The notes under the pieces: model-generated | The model's input: only the letters and a program-made list of their open reading frames with translations | What the model was told of the DNA's origin: nothing | Database searches by the model: none | Translations under genes and position numbers: made by a program | DNA from: Eledone cirrhosa | Lineage: Eukaryota | Assembly: GCA_964016885.1 (NCBI GenBank) | Contig: OZ024765.1 | Location: forward strand, 3,038,001 to 3,102,000 | Length of the DNA: 64,000 nucleotides | Direction of reading: 5' to 3' | Part shown: positions 13,601 to 25,498 of the stretch, piece after piece | How positions within the stretch are numbered: the stretch's first letter is position 1 | Layout of the letters: every line of letters begins with the position of its first letter

Positions 13601-16192
13601 GGATTAGTCACAGGTAAGGTAAGGTGTGTAGTAATTTAGACAGGTAAGGTGTGTGGTGGATTAGTCACAGGTAAGGTAAGGTGTGTAGTAATTTAGACAG
13701 GTAAGGTGTGTGGTGGATTAGTCACAGGTAAGGTAAGGTGTGTAGTAATTTAGACAGGTAAGGTGTGTGGTGGATTAGTCACAGGTAAGGTAAGGTGTGT
13801 GGTGGATTAGTCACAGGTAAGGTGTGTAGTAATTAGACAGGTAAGGTGTGGGTGGATTAGTCACAGGTAAGGTAAGGTGTGTAGTAATTTAGACAGGTAA
13901 GGTGTGTGGTGGATTAGTCACAGGTAAGGTAAGGTGTGTAGTAATTTAGACAGGTAAGGTGTGTGGTGGATTAGTCACAGGTAAGGTAAGGTGTGGTGGA
14001 TTAGTCACAGGTAAGGTAAGGTGTGTAGTAATTTAGACAGGTAAGGTGTGTGGTGGATTAGTCACAGGTAAGGTAAGGTGTGTAGTAATTTAGACAGGTA
14101 AGGTGTGTGGTGGATTAGTCACAGGTAAGGTAAGGTGTGTAGTAATTTAGACAGGTAAGGTGTGTGGTGGATTAGTCACAGGTAAGGTAAGGTGTGTAGT
14201 AATTTAGACAGGTAAGGTGTGTGGTGGATTAGTCACAGGTAAGGTAAGGTGTGTAGTAATTTAGACAGGTAAGGTGTGTGGTGGATTAGTCACAGGTAAG
14301 GTAAGGTGTGTAGTAATTTAGACAGGTAAGGTGTGTGGTGGATTAGTCACAGGTAAGGTAAGGTGTGTAGTAATTTAGACAGGTAAGGTGTGTGGTGGAT
14401 TAGTCACAGGTAAAGGTAAGGTGTGTGGTGGATTAGTCACAGGTAAGGTAGGTGGTAGTAATTTAGACAGGTAAGGTGTGGTGGATTAGTCACAGGTAAG
14501 GTAAGGTGTGTAGTAATTTAGACAGGTAAGGTGTGTGGTGGATTAGTCACAGGTAAGGTAAGGTGTGTAGTAATTTAGACAGGTAAGGTGTGTGGTGGAT
14601 TAGTCACAGGTAAGGTAAGGTGTGTGGTATTAGACAGGTAAGGTGTGGTGGATTAGTCACAGGTAAGGTAAGGTGTGTGGTGGATTAGTCACAGGTAAGG
14701 TGTGTAGTAATTTAGACAGGTAAGGTGTGTGGTGGATTAGTCACAGGTAAGGTAAGGTGTGTAGTAATTTAGACAGGTAAGGAAGGTGTGTGGTGGATTA
14801 GTCACAGGTAAGGTAAGGTGTGTGGTGGATTAGTCACAGGTAAAGTAAGGTGTGTGGTGGATTAGTCACAGGTAAGGTAAGGTGTGTAGGTGATTTAGAC
14901 AGGTAAAGGTAAGGTGTGTGGTGGATTAGTCACAGGTAAAGTAAGGTGTGTGGTGGATTAGTCACAGGTAAAGTAAGGTGTGTGGTGGATTAGTCACAGG
15001 TAAAGTAAGGTGTGTGGTGGATTAGTCACAGGTAAGGTAAGGTGTGTGGTGGATTAGTCACAGGTAAAGTAAGGTGTGTGGTGGATTAGTCACAGGTAAA
15101 GTAAGGTGTGTGGTGGATTAGTCACAGGTAAGTAAGGTGTGTGGTGGATTAGTCACAGGTAAGGTAAGGTGTGTGTGGATTAGTCACAGGTAAGTAAGGT
15201 GTGTGGTGGATTAGTCACAGGTAAGTAAGGTGTGGTGGATTAGTCACAGGTAAGGTAAGGTGTGTGGTGGATTAGTCACAGGTAAAGGTAAGGTGTGTGG
15301 TGGATTAGTCACAGGTAAAGTAAGGTGTGTGGTGGATTAGTCACAGGTAAAGTAAGGTGTGTGGTGGATTAGTCACAGGTAAGGTAAGGTGTGTGGTGGA
15401 TTAGTCACAGGTAAGGTAAGGTGTGTAGTGATTTAGACAGGTAAGTAAGGTGTGTGGTGGATTAGTCACAGGTAAGGTAAGGTGTGTAGGTGATTAGTCA
15501 CAGGTAAGTAGTGTGTGGTGGATTAGTCACAGGTAAGGTAAGGTGTGTGGTGGATTAGTCACAGGTAAGTAGGTGTGTGGTGGATTAGTCACAGGTAAGG
15601 TAAGGTGTGTAGTAATTTAGACAGGTAAGGTGTGTGGTGGATTAGTCACAGGTAAGGTAAGGTGTGTAGGTGGATTTAGTCACAGGTAAGTAAGGTGTGT
15701 GGTGGATTAGTCACAGGTAAGGTAAGGTGTGTGGTGATTTAGTCACAGGTAAGGAGTGTGTGGTGGATTAGTCACAGGTAAGGTAAGGTGTGTGGTGGAT
15801 TAGTCACAGGTAAAGGTAAGGTGTGTGGTGATTAGTCACAGGTAAGGTAAGGTGTGTGGTGGATTAGTCACAGGTAAGAGTAAGGTGTGTGGTGGATTAG
15901 TCACAGGTAAGGTAAGGTGTGTGTGGATTAGTCACAGGTAAGGTAAGGTGTGTGGTGGATTAGTCAAGGTAAAGTAAGGTGTGTGGTGGATTAGTCACAG
16001 GTAAAGTAAGGTGTGTGGTGGATTAGTCACAGGTAAAGTAAGGTGTGTGGTGGATTAGTCACAGGTAAAGTAAGGTGTGTGGTGGATTAGTCACAGGTAA
16101 AGTAAGGTGTGTGGTGGATTAGACACAGGTAAGGTAAGGTGTGTAGTAATTTAGACAGGTAAGATAAGGTGTGGTGGATTAGTCACAGGTAC
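4677..16192 (+). repeat. ~11.5 kb intronic satellite; two related monomers form a ~50-57 bp dimer, each monomer containing CAGGTAAG
   Basis: Alternating tagtaatttagacaggtaaggtgtg and gtggattagtcacaggtaag(gtaag)gtgtg; mostly the second monomer, with gtaaag variants, after ~14800. Confidence 0.97.
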
Positions 16193-16453
16193 AGTGTGTG
16201 TAGACTGGGTTATATACACTGTTGTATATATATACATGTATGTATAAAATATTTTGGTGTGTTAGCATGGGTTAGACAAGTTGTCCTGTTGTGAGGAATG
16301 CCTCTAGCATCATGCCTTCATTTGCTGCCCAAGATACTCTTATATATATGTATGTGTGTATATATGTATATATATACATACACATATATGTGTGTATATA
16401 TATATGTATATATAGACATACACATATATGTGTGTATATATATATATATATAT

Positions 16454-16572
16454 AGTGAAAAATGGAACGGGAACAAAACAGAGAGGCAGTACAAACAAAG
16501 GTTTATTAGTTTCACGCTCTTGGGAGTGGGGTGGGTGGGTGGGGAACGACGTTTCGGGCATAAGCCCTTCAT
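16454..16572 (-). mobile_element. Penelope-like pLTR fragment with truncated minimal hammerhead
   Basis: Minus strand atga-a-GGGC-ttat-GCCC-GAAAC-GTC followed by AATAAA; embedded in (TA)n. Confidence 0.6.
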
Positions 16573-16589
16573 ATATATATATACATATA

Positions 16590-16625
<36 letters not shown>

Positions 16626-16674
16626 CAAACACGTGTGTGTATATATATATATATATATGTATATACATACAAAC

Positions 16675-16707
<33 letters not shown>

Positions 16708-16723
16708 CTTACAAACATGTATG

Positions 16724-16754
<31 letters not shown>

Positions 16755-16801
16755 ACATACAAACATACATATATGTATATATACATACAAACATACATAT
16801 A

Positions 16802-16853
<52 letters not shown>

Positions 16854-16892
16854 CATACAAACACACATATATGTGTATATATATATATATAT

Positions 16893-16992
16893 ATAATAAT
16901 AATAATGAAATTATTGTGTACAGTGCTCAGGTACACTACAACTCATCAAAGGTGCATGTATAGTACATAGAATAATATACAAATGTCAGGGA
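16893..16992 (-). mobile_element. CR1-like LINE 3' tail
   Basis: Reverse complement of 55175-55270, the tail of the CR1-like fragment; ends in (TAT)n. Confidence 0.7.
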
Positions 16993-17012
16993 AGTGAATA
17001 GACACACATACA

Positions 17013-17057
<45 letters not shown>

Positions 17058-17098
17058 ATATATGTGTATATTTATATATATATATATTTATATTTTAG

Positions 17099-17478
17099 AC
17101 TATTCCCATGGCTTTGGAGGCAAGTTTGGGATCCAGAAAGACCGTCGGGACAAAACAGCTCTTGGTTACGACGACGAGACGAAGACGGAACTGCACCCTT
17201 CACAAGTCGACATGAATAAGGGATTCGGGGGAAAATTCGGCATTCAGGACACCATGGATAAACACGCCCTGACGTACGACGAAGACAGCAAAACTGAGTT
17301 GCATCCGTCGCAAGTTGACATGAAGAAGGGTTTCGGCGGGAAATATGGCGTCCAAGATGTGAAGGACAAGTCTGCGCTTGGCTATGAAGACGACACTAAG
17401 ACGGAACTTCATTCTTCTCAAGTGGACATGAAGAAAGGTTTTGGTGGTAAATTTGGAATTGACAATACAAAAGACAAG
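17099..17478 (+). CDS. CTTN: Cortactin exon encoding ~3.5 repeats
   Basis: ttttag|AC...GACAAG|gtaagc; 380 nt, phase 1-0; four GFGGK(F/Y)G motifs (repeats of 37, 36 and 36 aa plus a half repeat). Confidence 0.95.
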
Positions 17479-17558
17479 GTAAGCCCTTTGCTTTTGGGTC
17501 GCCTGGTTTTGGCCGTCTATCTTTTTATGCATATTTTTTGTTCTTGTGTAGAGTGGAG

Positions 17559-17597
<39 letters not shown>

Positions 17598-17741
17598 CAT
17601 CATCATCATATATATATATGTGTGTGTGTATATGCATATGTGTATGTGTGTATATATACAAATGTGTGTGTATACATGTGTGATGTGTGTATATATATAT
17701 ATATATATATATCCATATATATATATATATATATATATATA

Positions 17742-17834
17742 CAGGGTGTCCCAAAAATGTATACACACTTCAACAGCATTCTAATAAATATTGCCTGTAC
17801 AGATAGCAGTGTGTATACATTTTTTGACACCTTG
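17742..17834. mobile_element. 93-bp Tc1/mariner-type MITE
   Basis: TIRs cagggtgtcccaaaaatgtatacacact / agtgtgtatacattttttgacaccttg, flanked by TA. Confidence 0.8.
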
Positions 17835-17865
17835 TATGTATATATGTGTATATATATATATACAT

Positions 17866-17897
<32 letters not shown>

Positions 17898-18122
17898 GTG
17901 TATATTTACATGCACATATATATATGTAAATATATATTTGTGTGTGTGTGTGTATATAAATATGTGCGTGTGTGTATGCTTACATGCACACACACATATA
18001 TACATATATATATATATATATACTATAAAATATGTCCATAGAATCATTTGATAAGATATATACAGCATTTCCTCTCCCAATCAGCATAATTAACCACACA
18101 AAAAAACAATTAAATATATATA

Positions 18123-18630
18123 TCATCATCATTTCATTTTACGTCCGCTTTTTCCCTGCTTGCAAGGGTGGGACGGGAACTGATTCTGGCTTGATCTCTA
18201 CAGCTGGATGCCCTTCCTAACACCAACCTCATTTACAGTGAGTGCTGGGTGCTTTTTTGCCGTGGCACCTCCACGACCAGTTTGCAGGCACATGGCTTAG
18301 TGGTTAGAGCATTGGCCTTGCAATCGAAAGGTTGTGAGTTCAATTCTCAGACCGGGTGATGTGTTGTTTCCTTGAGCAAGACACTTTTTTTAACATTGCT
18401 CCAGTTTACTCAGCTGTAGAAATGAGATGATAGGGACTGGGGTCCCTATCATTCCACTGCAAAGTGGGCATGGAGGTGCCACGGCAAAAAAACACCCAGG
18501 ACTCACTGTAAATGAGGTTGGTGTTAGGAAGGGCATCCAGCTGTAGAAATCAAGCCAGAATCAGTTCCTGTCCCACCCTTGCAAGCAGGGAAAAGTGGAC
18601 ATAAAATGAAATGATGATGATGATGATGAC
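18123..18630 (+). mobile_element. SINE family B (tRNA head, ccttgagcaagacact core, RTE 3' tail) preceded by an inverted copy of its 3' half
   Basis: A-box tggcttagtgg, B-box gagttcaattc; tail cccacccttgcaagcagggaaaag...(atg)n; 18123-18287 is the reverse complement of ~18457-18620. Confidence 0.85.
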
Positions 18631-18728
18631 ATATATATATATATATTTGTGTGTGTGATATATATAATGATGATGATGTATATATATACAATCCCAACAC
18701 TAACCATGTCTAAACCTTCCATTCCTAG

Positions 18729-18798
18729 TCTGCTGGAGGTTATGAAGACATGAAAGGAACTGTTGGAACCAACTACAAGAAACCTTCAACAGAGAGTA
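18729..18798 (+). CDS. CTTN: Cortactin exon (end of last repeat/linker)
   Basis: ttcctag|TCT...AGTA|gtaaga; [23 protein letters not shown]; phase 0-1 fits both neighbours; an alternative donor 3 nt upstream is possible. Confidence 0.85.
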
Positions 18799-19103
18799 GT
18801 AAGATTAACTTTATCTCTCTCACTCTCTCTCTACCTCTCTTTGTCTATATGTATCTCACTCTCTCTCTTTCTCTCTCACTCTCTCTCTGTTATATATCAC
18901 CATTATTTTTTTCTCTTCCTTCCTCCATTCTTTGTAATATTCTGTACTATAGTACTACTACATGCACACACATATATATATATACACAGATATATATATA
19001 CACACACATATATACATATACACACATATATATACATACACACATATATATATATATATATATATACATACACACATATATATATATATATACATATACA
19101 CAT

Positions 19104-19174
<71 letters not shown>

Positions 19175-19236
19175 CACACCTATATATATACTTACACTCA
19201 TATATGCACAAACACATGTATACACAAACACATACA

Positions 19237-19284
<48 letters not shown>

Positions 19285-19323
19285 CACACACACTGATATA
19301 TACACACACATACTAGCATACAT

Positions 19324-19376
<53 letters not shown>

Positions 19377-19458
19377 CACACACACATACACACACACACA
19401 AAAACACATCTAATTTTATTTTCATTTGTACTTTAAAAACCCCGACCCAATCTCTTAG

Positions 19459-19607
19459 GTACAGTTGGAGCAAAGAATCTGCGAAGTAGGTTTGAGAACT
19501 TTGCAAAGAATTCTCAAGAAGATGCTGCTAAGAAGGCCCAAGAGGAGAGACAGAAACGGTTGGAATTTGAAAGGAAGGAACATGAAGAACAGAGCAAGAT
19601 ATATCAA
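19459..19607 (+). CDS. CTTN: Cortactin exon (helical/coiled-coil region)
   Basis: ctcttag|GT...CAA|gtaagt; [50 protein letters not shown] resembles the cortactin 'NIRANFENLAKE' helix; phase 1-0. Confidence 0.93.
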
Positions 19608-19846
19608 GTAAGTATAAACTAACCCTTCGGATATTAAACTACCCCGAAACCACCACTACTTCTTTGATACAAAGATGTTGTGTTCTAAACACTTCAGGGT
19701 ATATAATACAAAGCTGTTTGTTTTAACGCGTTTTAACGTGTTTTAACGCGTTTATAATCATCATCATCGTTATTTAACGTCCACTTTGCCTGCTAGAAAG
19801 GGTAGGATGGGTCTAGATAGACCAAGTCAGTACTGAAGACAGTCTA

Positions 19847-22800
19847 CTAGATGTGAGCTGTTCTGCTAGACTATCCTATGATAGCCATATCAGAGACTCT
19901 AGATGTGACCTGTTCTGCTAGACTATCCTATGATAGCTGTATCAGAGACTCTAGATGTGACCTGTTCTGCTAGACTATCCTATGATAGCCATATCAGAGA
20001 CTCTAGATGTGACCTGTTCTGCTAGACTATCCTATGATAGCCATATCAGAGACTCTAGATGTGACCTGTTCTGCTAGACTATCCTATGATAGCCATATCA
20101 GAGACTCTAGATGTGACCTGTTCTGCTAGACTATCCTATGATAGCCATATCAGAGACTCTAGATGTCAGCTGTTCTGCTAGACTATCCTATGACAGCCAT
20201 ATCAGTGACTCTAGATGTCAGGTGTTCTGCTAGACTATCCTATGATAGCCATATCAGAGACTCTAGATCTGACCTGTTCTGCTAGACTATCCTATGATAG
20301 CTGTATCAGAGACTCTAGATGTGACCTGTTCTGCTAGACTATCCTATGATAGCTGTATCAGAGACTCTAGATGTGACCTGTTCTGCTAGACTATCCTATG
20401 ATAGCCATATCAGAGACTCTAGATCTGACCTGTTCTGCTAGACTATCCTATGATAGCCATATCAGAGACTCTAGATGTGACCTGTTCTGCTAGACTATCC
20501 TATGATAGCCATATCAGAGACTCTAGATGTCACCTGTTCTGCTAGACTATCCTATGACAGCCATATCAGAGACTCTAGATGTCACCTGTTCTGCTAGACT
20601 ATCCTATGATAGCTACATCAGAGACTCTAGATGTGACCTGTTCTGCTAGACTATCCTATGACAGCCATATCAGAGACTCTAGATCTGACCTGTTCTGTCA
20701 GACTATCCTATGACAGCCACATCAGAGACTCTAGATGTGACCTGTTCTGCTAGACTATCCTATGACAGCCACATCAGAGACTCTAGATGTGACCTGTTCT
20801 GCTAGACTATCCTATGACAGCCACATCAGAGACTCTAGATGTCACCTGTTCTGCTAGACTATCTTATGACAGCCATATCAGAGACTCTAGATGTCACCTG
20901 TTCTGCTAGACTATCCTATGACAGCCATATCAGAGACTCTAGATGTCACCTGTTCTGCTAGACTATCCTATGACAGCCATATCAGAGACTCTAGATGTCA
21001 CCTATTCTGTTAGACTATCCTATGACAGCCACATCAGAGACTCTAGATGTGACCTGTTCTGTTAGACTATCCTATGACAGCCATATCAGAGACTCTAGAT
21101 GTCACCTGTTCTATTAGACTATCCTATGACAGCCATATCAGAGACTCTAGATGTCACCTGTTCTGCTAGACTATCCTATGACAGCCATATCAGAGACTCT
21201 AGATCTGACCTGTTCTGCTAGACTATCCTATGACAGCCATATCAGAGACTCTAGATGTCAGGTGTTCTGCTAGACTATCCTATGATAGCCATATCAGAGA
21301 CTCTAGATCTGACCTGTTCTGCTAGACTATCCTATGACAGCCATATCAGAGACTCTAGATGTCAGCTGTTCTGCTAGACTATCCTATGATAGCTGTATCA
21401 GAGACTCTAGATCTGACCTGTTCTGCTAGACTATCCTATGACAGCTACATCAGAGACTCTAGATGTGACCTGTTCTGCTAGACTATCCTATGATAGCCAC
21501 ATCAGAGACTCTAGATGTGACCTGTTCTGCTAGACTATCCTATGACAGCCATATCAGAGACTCTAGATGTGACCTGTTCTGCTAGACTATCCTATGACAG
21601 CCATATCAGAGACTCTAGATCTGACCTGTTCTGCTAGACTATCCTATGACAGCTACATCAGAGACTCTAAATGTGACCTGTTCTGCTAGACTATCTTATG
21701 ACAGCCATATCAGAGACTCTAGATCTGACCTGTTCTGCTAGACTATCCTATGATAGCCATATCAGAGACTCTAGATGTGACCTGTTCTGCTAGACTATCC
21801 TATGATAGCCATATCAGAGACTCTAGATGTGACCTGTTCTGCTAGACTATCCTATGATAGCCACATCAGAGACTCTAGATGTGACCTGTTCTGCTAGACT
21901 ATCCTATGATAGCCACATCAGAGACTCTAGATGTGACCTGTTCTGCTAGACTATCCTATGATAGCCATATCAGAGACTCTAGATGTGACCTGTTCTGCTA
22001 GACTATCCTATGATAGCCATATCAGAGACTCTAGATGTGACCTGTTCTGCTAGACTATCCTATGATAGCCATATCAGAGACTCTAGATCTGACCTGTTCT
22101 GCTAGACTATCCTATGATAGCCATATCAGAGACTCTAGGTCTGACCTGTTCTGCTAGACTATCCTATGACAGCCATATCAGAGACTCTAGATGTCACCTG
22201 TTCTGCTAGACTATCTTATGACAGCCATATCAGAGACTCTAGATGTCACCTGTTCTGCTAGACTATCCTATGACAGCCATATCAGAGACTCTAGATGTCA
22301 CCTGTTCTGCTAGACTATCCTATGACAGCCATATCAGAAACTCTAGATCTGACCTGTTCTGCTAGACTATCCTATGACAGCCATATCAGAGACTCTAGAT
22401 GTCACCTGTTCTGCTAGACTATCTTATGACAGCCATATCCGAGACTCTAGATGTCACCTGTTCTGCTAGACTATCCTATGACAGCCATATCAGATACTCT
22501 AGATGTGACATGTTCTGCTAGACTATCTTATGACAGCCATATCAGAGACTCTAGATGTCACCTGTTCTGCTAGACTATCTTATGACAGCCATATCAGAGA
22601 CTCTAGATGTCACCTGTTCTGCTAGACTATCTTATGACAGCCATATCAGAGACTCTAGATGTCACCTGTTCTGCTAGACTATCCTATGATAGCCATATCA
22701 GAGACTCTAGATGTCACCTGTTCTGCTAGACTATCCTATGACAGCCATATCAGAGACTCTAGATGTCACCTGTTCTGCTAGACTATCCTATGACAGCCAT

Positions 22801-23275
22801 ATCAGAGACTCTAGATCTGACCTGTTCTGCTAGACTATCCTATGATAGCCATATCAGAGACTCTAAATCTGACCTGTTCTGCTAGACTATCCTATGATAG
22901 CCACATCAGAGACTCTAGATGTGACCTGTTCTGCTAGACTATCCTATGATAGCTGTATCAGAGACTCTAGATGTCACCTGTTCTGCTAGACTATCCTATG
23001 ATAGCCATATCAGAGACTCTAGATGTCACCTGTTCTGCTAGACTATCCTATGACAGCCATATCAGAGACTCTAGATCTGACCTATTCTGCTAGACTATCC
23101 TATGATAGCCATATCAGAGACTCTAGATCTGACCTGTTCTGCTAGACTATCCTATGACAGCCATATCAGAGACTCTAGATGTCAGGTGTTCTGCTAGACT
23201 ATCCTATGATAGCCATATCAGAGACTCTAGATGTCAGGTGTTCTGCTAGACTATCCTATGATAGCTGTATCAGAG
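19847..23275. repeat. 52-bp minisatellite, ~65 copies
   Basis: Unit ctagatgtgacctgttctgctagactatcctatgatagccatatcagagact. Confidence 0.96.
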
Positions 23276-23582
23276 GTACCTTGTGTAAGATGTGGCTTTT
23301 CACCACGCAGGTAGGTCATTGAATTGAGAGAGACCATGTGCTTATATCATCATCATCGCCGTTTTACATCCATTCTTCCACGCTAGCATGGGTTAGACGG
23401 GTTGTCCTGTTGTGGGTAATGTTAGGTTAGGTGACCTTGTCTTGCTCATACAGAACTGAGTCTGGCTTCATTTCTACAGCTGGATGCCCTTCCTAACACC
23501 AACCTCATTTACAGTGAGTTCTGGGTGCTTTTTTTTACCATCGTGCCTTCACAACCACTTTACAGTGTGGGCTGGGTGCTTT

Positions 23583-24151
23583 CGATATTATGTGAGGTAA
23601 AGCCTTTACTGTGAAAATACAATAATATATATAGAGTAATGTAAATGTTATGTGAGATATTATGTGAGGTAAAGCCTTTGCTGTGAAAATACAATAGTAT
23701 ATATAGAGTAATGTAAATGTTATGTGAGATATTATGTGAGGTAAAGCCTTTACTGTGAAAATACAATAGTATATATAGAGTAATGTAAATGTTATGTGAG
23801 ATATTATGTGAGGTAAAGCCTTTACTGTGAAAATACGATAGTATATATAGAGTAATGTAAATGTTATGTGAGATATTATGTGAGGTAAAGCCTTTACTGT
23901 GAAAATACGATAGTATATATAGAGTAATGTAAATGTTATGTGAGATATTATGTGAGGTAAAGCCTTTACTGTGAAAATGCAATAGTATATATAGAGTAAT
24001 GTAAATGTTATGTGAGATATTATGTGAGGTAAAGCCTTTACTGTGAAAATACAATAATATATATAGAGTAACGTAAATGTTATGCGAGATATTATGTGAG
24101 GTAAAGCCTTTACTGTGAAAATACAATAGTATATATAGAGTAAAGGGTTAA
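23583..24151 (-). repeat. 72-bp minisatellite inside a piggyBac-like MITE (inverted relative to 25499-26812)
   Basis: Reverse complement of the unit ctattgtattttcacagtaaaggctttacctcacataatatctcacataacatttacattactctatatata; ends agggttaa. Confidence 0.9.
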
Positions 24152-24247
24152 TACATAATTCAGCAACAAAGGAGGCAATTCATAAAAAAACTTCAGCGTG
24201 CTAAAGATTAACTGTCTGTCTGTCTGTCTGTGTCTCGTTTCCTTCAG

Positions 24248-24601
24248 GAGAAGCTGGAGCGAGAGAGATGGGAGGCTGAGAATGCTCCGGAAGCGGAAGA
24301 AGATGATGAAGAAGAGAGAGAAGAAGTTCAGCCGAGGAAGACGTTTGTTCCACCGCAGTCGAAGTGCTATGTCCCCAACGCGGAGATCACGGCCTTCAAG
24401 AGGGACTCTTACTTGAGGCAGGGCTCGCGAGAGGAACCGACCCCGCCAAAGACTGGGGGCCCCAGCTCCCCTCCTGTCGTTGCTGCGGCTACACCCGCAC
24501 CCACTTCGGCTTCCGTTGTGAGGGAGAAGGTGGAGGTGAGGCAGGAACCGGAGGTCGAGGTGGAGGAAGAGGAGCAGCAGGAGGCGTACGAGGATCTAGA
24601 G
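24248..24601 (+). CDS. CTTN: Cortactin exon (acidic/Pro-rich linker)
   Basis: ccttcag|GAG...CTAGAG|gtgagt; 354 nt, phase 0-0; EKLERERWEAENAPEAEEDD...QQEAYEDLE. Confidence 0.88.
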
Positions 24602-24614
24602 GTGAGTGGATGTC

Positions 24615-25150
24615 AGTCATCACCATCACCATCACCACCATCATCATCATCATCACCATCACCATCATCATCACCATCACCACCATCATCACCATCACCA
24701 TCATCACCACTATCATCACCATCACCATCATCATCATCACCATCATCACCATCATCACCATCACCATCATCACCACCATCATCACCATCATCATCATCAC
24801 CATCATCACCATCATCACCATCACCATCATCACCACCATCATCACCATCATCATCATCACCATCACCATCATCACCATCATCATCATCACCATCATCACC
24901 ATCATCACCATCACCATCACCACCATCACCATCACCATCATCACCATCATCACCACCATCATCACCATCACCATCATCACCATCACCATCATCACCATCA
25001 CCATCACCATCATCACCATCATCATCACCACCATCATCACCATCACCATCACCATCATCACCATCACCATCATCACCATCACCATCGCCATCATCATCAT
25101 CATCACCATCACCATCATCACCATCATCATCACCAGCACCACCATCAACA
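24615..25150. repeat. (CAT/CAC)n microsatellite
   Basis: Direct inspection. Confidence 0.95.
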
Positions 25151-25276
25151 CTACCCCCCCACCCACCCCCGGAAAAAAAAAAAACTAAACTAATCTAATG
25201 AAATGTCTAATATTTTATAAATTTTATAAATTTAATAACATCACCCCTCTCCTCTTTTTTAATCCCCTTTATCCAG

Positions 25277-25367
25277 ATTTTATCTTCCCCGGAAGACCCC
25301 CAAGCTGGACCAGTACAACCTGAGGGAGAGAACTTAACAGCCGTGGCCCTTTATGACTACGAAGCTG
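25277..25367 (+). CDS. CTTN: Cortactin exon (SH3 start)
   Basis: atccag|ATT...GCTG|gtaagt; ILSSPEDPQAGPVQPEGENLTAVALYDYEA contains the SH3 ALYDY motif; phase 0-1. Confidence 0.93.
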
Positions 25368-25498
25368 GTAAGTCGGTTTATTTGGTTCACATTCGTCTGG
25401 TTTTGAGTTGGACCCCTGACAAATTCAACTTTGGTCCCGTCCCTTTTTCTTTTTGAAAATTGTTGACTGTCTTTCATTAGAAATATGGTAACAAAAGG

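Noticed and set aside
13500-16000. Single-base indel variants in the satellite as a meaningful code
   Set aside because: The pattern is consistent with long-read or consensus errors and cannot be distinguished without reads.
18287-18360. tRNA-like sequences (also at 29985 and 37167)
   Set aside because: No intact acceptor stem, and they continue into SINE body and tail; these are SINE heads.
4677-23275. Regular repeat arrays considered as CRISPR
   Set aside because: No unique spacers, no cas genes, eukaryotic intron context.
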